A DNA stretch of 13,169 nt from Candidatus Micrarchaeota archaeon (GTDB lineage Archaea; Micrarchaeota; Micrarchaeia; Norongarragalinales; UBA8480). The notes under the pieces are model-generated. The model searched no databases, was not told the DNA's origin, and saw nothing but the letters and a program-made list of their open reading frames with translations. The stretch lies in assembly GCA_043805855.1 (NCBI GenBank), contig JAZDHP010000051.1, forward strand, positions 1 to 13,169, written 5' to 3'. The number at the start of each line of letters is the position of its first letter. The first letter of the stretch is position 1. The position numbers were made by a program, and so were the translations under genes. Of this stretch, positions 1-6,900 are shown in pieces.

Positions 1-62
1 GAAGCTTGAAGGGCACACCGCCGTTTAAGAGGGATAAAAATGACTGGCGAACTTTTGATTGA
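1..62 (+). CDS. 3' end (partial) of a probable VapB-type antitoxin overlapping the PIN toxin start
   Basis: Frame starting at base 3 reads SLKGTPPFKRDKNDWRTFD* (TGA 60-62) and overlaps the PIN-gene ATG (40-42) by 23 nt. The overlap and the basic/acidic tail resemble archaeal antitoxins upstream of vapC. Truncated by the window edge. Confidence 0.55.
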   Translation, partial: SLKGTPPFKRDKNDWRTFD

Positions 63-453
63 CACTTCAACACTTATAGACTTTTTTGAAGATAACATTG
101 CTAGCGAAACCGAAGAACTTATGATTAACTCAGAATTAGCATTATCAGTAGCTACTTTTACTGAGCTGTACAAGTTTCTTTTAAACAACGGCAAAAACGC
201 CCTATGGAGTGAGTATAAAAGAAAGCTTTCTGCCTACCGCGTTTTAGAAGTTGATCAAAACATAAGCGAAAAAGCAGCAGAATTATCTCACAGGTTTGGC
301 TTTTCATTTGCTGACAGCGTTATTTACGCAACCGCGTTATCTAATGGTTTAAAACTATTAACAAGCGACTCTGACTTCAAAGGAAAGCCAAACGTCATAC
401 TTGGAAAAAAAAACTCAAAAATTAAGAGAAAAGAAAAAAATAAAGAAAAATAG
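40..453 (+). CDS. vapC: PIN-domain ribonuclease, VapC-family toxin
   Basis: N-terminal LLIDTSTLI, SVATFTE, FSFADSVIYATA and LLTSDSDF motifs supply the PIN acidic residues. 137 aa, with GAGGGA (29-34) upstream of the ATG. Confidence 0.9.
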   Translation: MTGELLIDTSTLIDFFEDNIASETEELMINSELALSVATFTELYKFLLNNGKNALWSEYKRKLSAYRVLEVDQNISEKAAELSHRFGFSFADSVIYATALSNGLKLLTSDSDFKGKPNVILGKKNSKIKRKEKNKEK

Positions 454-472
454 AAAAAGAGTAAAAAAGAAT
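405..472 (-). terminator. Long oligo-T/pyrimidine tract (minus strand) downstream of secreted paralog 1; probable archaeal terminator
   Basis: Plus strand is almost pure A/G runs, i.e. repeated T4-T9 tracts in the minus-strand transcript directly after the stop at 473. Confidence 0.5.
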
Positions 473-1558
473 TTAGCGTCTTTGAGTAAGTCCAATTCCA
501 GTTATAGCCGGAGAACTTCCTATTAAGCTAGACGTTATAACTGCATTCCAACCATTGTAAACTGGGCTATTTGTCAAGCGCATGCCGTTTCGCAAAACCA
601 TGTTTCCAGAAGAAGCAATTATCCTAGCGCTACTGTTTGATCCAGTTGAAATAATTACGCGGGCAGTACTGTTTCCGCTTTGAGAGTAGTATGAGTTTGG
701 CACTTGTATGTAAAGATTGTCATTAACTCTTCTTGGCGCTGCGCCTGAAAGTACAGTAAGTGTTCCTCGAAAACCAGTTGCGTCAGTTAAAACAAAAAGA
801 ATTGAAGATGTTAAATTAGGCCCTTGTGGTGCTGAGATTGACTCTAGTCTAATTATGTGCCGGTCTGGCGTAGTAATAGTAGCTCCAACTCGGATAACCC
901 GGTCAATTACTGAGTTTCTGCCTAGTGTGTAAAAAGAATCGGGAACTTGTATGTATAGACTATCAGAAATCCTAGTTGGTGCATCTCCAGAACGTACAGT
1001 AATTGTTTCAAAGGTTCCAGTTACGTTATCAGTTATAACTAACCCAACAGAAGAAACTGAAGCAGAAGTTTGTGGCGCTGAAATTGCCTCAAGTTTAATT
1101 TGATATCGGCTTGACGCAGCAATAGTAGTTCCAACTTGAACAATGCGATCAACCACTCCTTTAGATAAAGTTACTGAAGAAACGCCCCTTACATTACCAG
1201 TTAAATAAGCTACTTGATAGTTTTGGCCTTTGATGCGCAAATTAATACCTGCGCGGTCTAATCGCGAGTTTACTGGACAATTAGAAAAACTATACCTTGT
1301 TTCTAAACAAGCTGGCAACCCAGGAGAAAACTCTAAGGAATACGATTGACCCTTACCCAACCAACTTGCAGGACGAATTGTTTCAGTTGCAGTAATTACG
1401 CCAGAGTACTTCCCATGAGTGTCAACTGCATATCTAGTAACCTTTGCACTTGAACCCACGCCAGCTGCACTAACCAACATAGAACTGCCTAAAAACACCA
1501 AAGCTAAGGCTGCAAATGCGATAAACGCAAATGAAATTTTATTCGAATTCTCTTTCAA
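473..1558 (-). CDS. Secreted/membrane-anchored beta-rich surface protein, paralog 1 (361 aa, S-layer-like, internal repeat)
   Basis: TTG start with SD AGGTGG (1565-1570). Hydrophobic N-terminus ending LVSAA, a conserved Cys pair (PACLETRYSFSNCP), S/T/V/I-rich beta-pattern, and clear homology to 3008..3823. The S-layer assignment is from recalled motif similarity only. Confidence 0.75.
   Translation of the reverse strand: MKENSNKISFAFIAFAALALVFLGSSMLVSAAGVGSSAKVTRYAVDTHGKYSGVITATETIRPASWLGKGQSYSLEFSPGLPACLETRYSFSNCPVNSRLDRAGINLRIKGQNYQVAYLTGNVRGVSSVTLSKGVVDRIVQVGTTIAASSRYQIKLEAISAPQTSASVSSVGLVITDNVTGTFETITVRSGDAPTRISDSLYIQVPDSFYTLGRNSVIDRVIRVGATITTPDRHIIRLESISAPQGPNLTSSILFVLTDATGFRGTLTVLSGAAPRRVNDNLYIQVPNSYYSQSGNSTARVIISTGSNSSARIIASSGNMVLRNGMRLTNSPVYNGWNAVITSSLIGSSPAITGIGLTQRR
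605..1156 (-). repeat. Intragenic duplicated ~90-aa module (A: 1156-911 plus tail 640-605; B: 910-641)
   Basis: VVDRIVQVGTTI..ISAPQ..SGDAPTRISDSLYIQVPDSFY aligns with VIDRVIRVGATI..ISAPQ..SGAAPRRVNDNLYIQVPNSYY. Two consecutive tails follow: NSTARVIISTG and NSSARIIASSG. Confidence 0.9.
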
Positions 1559-1620
1559 GATAAACCACCTGCAATAATTGCCCCCCCCGGCTTAAAAAAG
1601 CATTCGGCGAGGCGCAGCTA
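1555..1620 (-). promoter_or_regulatory. Promoter/RBS of paralog 1 (BRE-TATA CGAATGC-TTTTTTAAG, SD AGGTGG); copy 1 of a duplicated upstream region
   Basis: tcaagataaaccacctgcaataattgccccccccggcttaaaaaagcattcggcgaggcgcagcta closely matches 3820-3886. TATA-like element at 1591-1599 lies about 33 nt upstream of the TTG. Confidence 0.7.
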
Positions 1621-1630
1621 TAGCAAGGAG

Positions 1631-1644
1631 CAAAAGCTTTAAAT
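1631..1644 (+). promoter_or_regulatory. Candidate BRE-TATA promoter of the ATPase gene
   Basis: CAAAAGC followed by TTTAAAT (1638-1644), about 50 nt upstream of ATG 1693. Confidence 0.5.
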
Positions 1645-1697
1645 TCTAGGTTAAGTATAAATAACCTAGAATTAAATCTAGGTTAGGTATAAATGAC
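1642..1697. promoter_or_regulatory. Operator-like array: three TCTAGGTTA motifs in alternating orientation
   Basis: Perfect 12-bp inverted repeat AATTCTAGGTTA (1642-1653) / TAACCTAGAATT (1662-1673), with a third copy at 1677-1685. Direct repeat TCTAGGTTA(A/G)GTATAAAT at 1645 and 1677 (17/18 identical, 32-nt period). Confidence 0.7.
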
Positions 1698-2964
1698 ACA
1701 AATTAAGGAAGTTTTGATGGATTTGAACCCATGGTGGAAAGGGGAGTTCAACGTAGATTTCAAAGAGCGTAAGCTATACTGGGAATTGAAAAAGTTCCTT
1801 CCTTTGCCGCACATTATTGCATTAACTGGCTTGCGCAGGGTTGGAAAAACTACGCTAATGCACAAAATAGTTCAGGATTACCTAGCGTCTGGGATTGACC
1901 CGCGTAACGTTGTTTACTTTTCGTTTGATGAACTGCAAAAAAGCGAGATAAGGCAGGTTATCCAAACGTACGAGGCACTTAATGACAAAAGCTTGCGAAC
2001 CGGCAAATACTTAGTTCTACTTGACGAAATTCAGAAACTGGACAATTGGGAGAACCAGTTGAAAACCGTTTACGATGCTTTTGGCAAAAATGTTAAAATT
2101 ATAATTTCTGGTTCTGAATCGCTTTTTTTCAGGAAGAAATCACGCGAAACCCTTGCAGGTAGAATGTTTGAATTTGAAGTTACGCCGCTTTCGTTTGCCG
2201 AATTTCTTGATTTTAAAGAAATTAAACTAGCGCCAGTTTCTCTTTATGAACGTGAACTTTCAAAGTTACTTTGGGAATTCACAAAAACAGAGGGCTTTCC
2301 AGAGTTAGTTAATGTAAGTGAAAAAAGTATAATTAAGAAATACGTACGCGAAAGTATAGTTGAAAAAGTAATTTACCGAGATTTACCGCAGTTAGTAAAA
2401 ATAGAAGACCCAGCTGCACTTGAAACGCTGTTGAATATATTAATGGAAGAACCGGGGCAACTTATTGAAACTGCGAGTTTAGCTAGTGAACTTAAAACTT
2501 CACGACAAACCATTTCAAGTTACCTAGGTTACTTGCAAGACTGTTTCTTGTTGAAAAAATTGTACAACTATTCTAAGAGCCGCAGGAAAGTGGAACGTAA
2601 ATTGAAAAAATACTACCCGACGATAATATCCCCTGATTTGCTTTTCAGGGAAGATGATTTGTCTAAATCGCGTGTGTTCGAATGGCTAGCTGTAAGCCAG
2701 TTAAAGCCAGAGTTTTTCTGGCGTGACTCCTTCAAAAACGAAGTTGACATAATTATGACAAAAGGGAAAGAAAACATACCAATAGAAGTAAAATATGGAA
2801 AAATCGACACTATTGGCTTGAATGTATTTATGAAAAAAAACACGCTGAAAAACGGCTACGTAATTTCAAACAACGAAGAGCGACAAATAAAAAAAGAAGG
2901 CACAACGATATCGGTTATACCTGCACATAGGTACTTTTTAACAAAACAAACTGAAAAAGAATAA
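1693..2964 (+). CDS. AAA+ superfamily ATPase, COG1373 type (AAA_14 + winged HTH + C-terminal DUF4143/PD-(D/E)XK-like domain)
   Basis: N-terminal NPWW, Walker A GLRRVGKT, Walker B LVLLDEIQ, ISGS, LAGR, GFP, HTH-like SLASELKTSRQTISSYLGYL, KKYY, and C-terminal EVDII...IPIEVKY. 423 aa. Confidence 0.9.
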   Translation: MTQIKEVLMDLNPWWKGEFNVDFKERKLYWELKKFLPLPHIIALTGLRRVGKTTLMHKIVQDYLASGIDPRNVVYFSFDELQKSEIRQVIQTYEALNDKSLRTGKYLVLLDEIQKLDNWENQLKTVYDAFGKNVKIIISGSESLFFRKKSRETLAGRMFEFEVTPLSFAEFLDFKEIKLAPVSLYERELSKLLWEFTKTEGFPELVNVSEKSIIKKYVRESIVEKVIYRDLPQLVKIEDPAALETLLNILMEEPGQLIETASLASELKTSRQTISSYLGYLQDCFLLKKLYNYSKSRRKVERKLKKYYPTIISPDLLFREDDLSKSRVFEWLAVSQLKPEFFWRDSFKNEVDIIMTKGKENIPIEVKYGKIDTIGLNVFMKKNTLKNGYVISNNEERQIKKEGTTISVIPAHRYFLTKQTEKE

Positions 2965-2977
2965 CACACACTCCTAA

Positions 2978-3007
2978 GTAAAAAGAAAAATAAAAAGTTA
3001 AAAGAAT
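2978..3007 (-). terminator. Oligo-T tract downstream of paralog 2 (convergent with the ATPase)
   Basis: Several A5 runs on the plus strand next to the stop at 3008. AAAAGAATTTA is shared with the 3' end of paralog 1. Confidence 0.45.
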
Positions 3008-3823
3008 TTAACGCGGGGCAGTAAGCGAAAAACTAGTTAGAGATGGAGAATTTCTCATAAAGCTATAATCTAAAACAACATTCCAGCCATTGTAAACTGG
3101 ACTGTTTGTCAAGCGCATACTGTTTCGCAAAGCAATGTTTCCAGAAGAAACAATTATACGCGCAGTGCTATTTGCCCCTTGAGTGTAAAACGCGTCCGAC
3201 GCTTGTACATAGAAACTATCAAAAACTCTAGTTGGCGCATCTCCTGTATTAACAGTTAAAGTTTCAGATGCTCCAACTGCATTAGTTATAACCAAAGTAA
3301 TTGAATATACCTGGTTAAAACCTTGTGGCGCTGAAATTGTCGCAACTTTAACTTTATATCCATTTGAAGCAGAAATAATAGTTCCAACGGGAAGAATTTG
3401 GTTAAAAATTGGTTGCGATAAAGTAATTAAAGAAATACCTCGCGCATCGCCTGCAAAATGCGATATTAGATATGTTTGGCCATTAATGAGCAAGCTTATA
3501 CCCGCACGGTCTAAACGAGAGTTTGTTGGACAATTGTTAAAAGAATAGGTTACATCTAAACAAACGGGCAAACCAGGAGAGAATTCAAGAGTATATTTAC
3601 CCCTACTAAATTTACCTCCGCTAAAGGGTGTTTTAGGATATATTGTTTGAGTTGCGGTAATAACCCCGGAGTACTTTCCATGAGTGTCGACAGTATACCT
3701 CGTAACCCTTTCATTAAAACCAATATTAGCTGCACTTACAAGCGCAGAACTACCTAAAAACACTAAAACTAAAGCAACGATCGTGATAAACGCAAATGAA
3801 ACTTTATCAATATTATTTTTCAA
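3008..3823 (-). CDS. Secreted/membrane-anchored beta-rich surface protein, paralog 2 (271 aa, S-layer-like, single module)
   Basis: Start revised from 3850 to TTG 3823 because it aligns exactly with the paralog 1 start and has SD AGGCGG (3830-3835). Shares VDTHGKYSGVITAT, LEFSPGLP.C, NSRLDRAGI, ISAPQ and MRLTNSPVYNGWN with paralog 1. Confidence 0.75.
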   Translation of the reverse strand: MKNNIDKVSFAFITIVALVLVFLGSSALVSAANIGFNERVTRYTVDTHGKYSGVITATQTIYPKTPFSGGKFSRGKYTLEFSPGLPVCLDVTYSFNNCPTNSRLDRAGISLLINGQTYLISHFAGDARGISLITLSQPIFNQILPVGTIISASNGYKVKVATISAPQGFNQVYSITLVITNAVGASETLTVNTGDAPTRVFDSFYVQASDAFYTQGANSTARIIVSSGNIALRNSMRLTNSPVYNGWNVVLDYSFMRNSPSLTSFSLTAPR

Positions 3824-3886
3824 GATAAACCGCCTATAGTAATTGCCCACTCTCGCATTAAAAAAGCATTCGACGAAGCGCAGCTA
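3820..3886 (-). promoter_or_regulatory. Promoter/RBS of paralog 2; copy 2 of the duplicated upstream region
   Basis: tcaagataaaccgcctatagtaattgcccactctcgcattaaaaaagcattcgacgaagcgcagcta has the same TTAAAAAAGCATTCG core as 1592-1606. Confidence 0.7.
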
Positions 3887-3889
3887 AGT

Positions 3890-3974
3890 TAAAAATTAGA
3901 AAAAAGAGAGAAAAATAGAAAAAGTAGAAAGGAAAATAAAAGAAAAAAATAAAAAAGAAAGGTACAAGTAGAAA
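3890..3974 (-). terminator. ~85-nt oligo-T/pyrimidine tract ending the RNA polymerase operon
   Basis: Multiple T4-T7 runs on the minus strand immediately after the rpo1 stop codon (3975-3977). Confidence 0.6.
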
Positions 3975-6900
3975 CTAATCGACTTGCATTTCGAGTTCGA
4001 CTTCGCCGGTTCCGCACGGTATTGTTTGGCCAATGAGGATGTTTTCCGTAATTCCTTTTAATTTATCCTCTTCGCCCCTCACAACCGAGTTTACCAAGTG
4101 TTTTGACGTTTCTTCAAACGCTGCGCGTGCTAACACTGAGGCTTTCTTGCCGGCTAAACCATGTCGACCGATGCTTTGCACGAACCCGTTGAAAGTCATT
4201 GAATCTGCAATTAGCATAATGTGCCTCATGTCGACGTCCATGTCTTGAGCTTCAAGAACTTTCAAAACTTCTGCAATGATAGCGTTGCGCCCAGCTTCGA
4301 TGCCGAGCACGTGAGAAATTTCCATAATGTCATTCGTAGTTGTGCGTCGTGTGTCAACAGCTTCTATTTTGAACACTTCTTGCAAATTACTTCCTTCAGT
4401 TGCAAGTACATATTCGCCGCCTTCTTTTTCAATTATAATCGCGCGGTTGATGCCAGTAATTCCCTTTAGTAAAACTGAACGTAGTCGGTTAGTGATTTTC
4501 CTAACGTTGCGTAGAGTTTCCACCTTTGGTTTTACTGTTATCGTCTTACCACCTTGGCCTTCGTAAGGTGCAACTGCTTTTATTTTTTCAACTGCTTCGT
4601 CAATTGAAATGTTGTGTTCCTTAAGCACTTCTTCGTTGAACTTAATTTGAATTGCTTTTCTTTCAAAGTCTTCCTTTACCTCTGCAACTTTTTCCAAGGT
4701 AACTTGTTCAATTTCAGCAGCAATTTGTTTTGCTTTGTTAAAGTCCTTGTTGAACGGCGCCTTTAGGTAAACTTCCATAACTGGTTTCTTTGGAGCTTTG
4801 CGAGCGTCGACAATTTCAACTAAACGAGTAAAGCCAAGTTGTGCGAGTGACGCAACTCCAGCATAGTGGAAAGTACGTAACGTCATCTGGGTGCCAGGTT
4901 CGCCGATACTTTGCGCGGCAGTTACCCCAACTGGTTCACCGTAAGCGATTTGCTTGCCGTTAGTTATGTCAAGCGCGTCGTCACCGTATTTAAATTGAAT
5001 TACCCTCTCTTCAGCGTCTCTAACTGATAAATCTAACCTAACAATGAAATCTTGAATTGCATTTACAAGACGACGTTGCATGTAACCTGTTTTTGCCGGG
5101 TTAACTCCCTTGTCAACGACAGAGTCACGACCTCCAGCTCCGTGGAAGAAGTATTGAATTGGAGTTAAACCTTGTTTGAACGAGCGGTCGACAAAGCCAC
5201 GCGCTTCGTCGGTTAAATCTCCCTTCTTGAAATGCGGGAGTAAACGCGTTTTGTAACCTGAAGTTGGCCTTTTTCCACGAATAGCTTGTTGTCCAACAAG
5301 CCCAGTCATTTGAATAACGTTCATTTTACTTCCACGCGCTCCTGCGCTGGCCATCATTAAAGCTGAGTTGACCTCTTGCGTTTGTCCATCAACGTACAGT
5401 GAACGGTGTTTGATGTTTTGTGAAATTACAGGGTTACAAGCTGAACGTGCTTCTTCAAGGCAGTCCATAATGTGTTCTTCAAGTGTTTCCTTTAGCGTTT
5501 TTCCAGGTTGGCGATCAAGAGTTTTCTTGCGGTACTTGGAAACTAAAATACGCACGCGTTTTCTTGACTCGTGTACAATTTCAGCAATTTGCTTTTGTGC
5601 AGTTTCGTTTAGTAAATAGTCGTCAAGTGAAAGCGAGAGGCCAAATTGTTTTACAATTATAGAAGCGAGTCTAGTTGCCTTGTCAATGTACAGCGCAGCA
5701 GCATCTGCACCGTGCTTTAGAAACAATTCACGCACAATTGCAGTTGAAACTTTGCTGTCAACAGCACCTTCAATTAACTTACCTTTCTTAATTATAGTTT
5801 TTGTTTTTGACTTGTTTATAAATTCTGCAGAAAAGTTCTCAGGCAAAATTAAAGAATATAGGTTACGGCCCGATATTTTCTTTTGCGACATTGTAACGTC
5901 AATACCACTTTGGCTCAATAACTCCCAAGCTTCTTCTTTTGTGAACTCAAAGTCAAAATTCGTTAACAAGTATAAACCACTGATGTGGTCAAGCGCCGGC
6001 GCAATTAAAGGCAACCCGTTTCGCGGTGATAGAATTTGCCCTTGTACTTTCATTAAAATTTCAGCTTCACTTTGAGCTTCTTCATTTTGTGGAACGTGAA
6101 TATTCATTTCGTCTCCATCGTAGTCCGCATTGTAAGGCGTACAGTCGGCGACGTTGAACCGAAATGTCTTTCCAGGCAGTATAACTATTGAATGGCACAT
6201 CATTGAAACTCTGTGCAGTGAAGGTTGACGGTTAAAGATAACTAAATCTCCGTCAATTAACTGGCGTTCAATTTGATAACTTGGTGCAATTTCAGTTAAC
6301 ACTTCTTCAAGGTTTGAAGATGTAAGTTTCTTCCTTCGCCCATCTGGTCGAATTACGTAATTTATCTTTGGCGCATTTACGCGAATGAAGCTTTTCATTG
6401 CCTCAAGGTTCCACTCGGTTACGCTTACTGGAACAGTTAATTCGCTTGCAATTTCCGGCGGTACACCTAACTGGTTAATTGAAAGCGTTGGGTCTGGAGA
6501 AATAACAGTACGAGCTGAAAAGTTTACACGTTTTCCGCTTAAGTTATAACGAAAACGACCCTCTTTTCCTTTTAGACGTTGAAATAGCGTTTTTAGCTGG
6601 CGACCGCTCCTGTGTCTTGCTGGCGGTATGCCGGCTGTTTCATTGTCAAAGTAAGTGACAACGTGATACTGAAGCAGTTCCCACAAGTCTTCAATAATTA
6701 ACTGCGGTGCACCTGCGTCGATATTTTCACCAAGACGTTGGTTAATGCGAATAATATCAACAAGCTTGTGAGTTAAGTCATCTTCACTGCGTTCTCCAGT
6801 TTCAAGCGTAATTGAAGGACGCACGTTTACTGGCGGTACAATTAACACAGTTAACACCGCTAGTTCTGGCCTGATTTTTACCCCAAGCTGGCGTAAATCT

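Noticed and set aside
1642..1697. Repeat array as a mini-CRISPR or IS end
   Set aside because: Repeats are short, alternate in orientation, have no unique spacers, and no cas or transposase gene is present.
2520..2532. TTACCTAGGTTA inside the ATPase gene, resembling the upstream operator motif
   Set aside because: A single 8-nt match in coding sequence (YLGY), plausible by chance.
717..2843. Short ORFs 717..932(+), 1683..1865(-), 2613..2843(-)
   Set aside because: Antisense to, and almost entirely within, better-supported CDSs.
3824..3850. N-terminal extension MGNYYRRFI of paralog 2 (likewise the 10734-10802 and 11129-11149 extensions)
   Set aside because: These extensions cover SD or spacer sequence. 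Paralog alignment and SD spacing favour the downstream starts.
3910..3924. 15-nt match GAAAAATAGAAAAAG shared with 445-459 as a possible target-site duplication
   Set aside because: Both copies lie in low-complexity A/G tracts where such matches arise easily.
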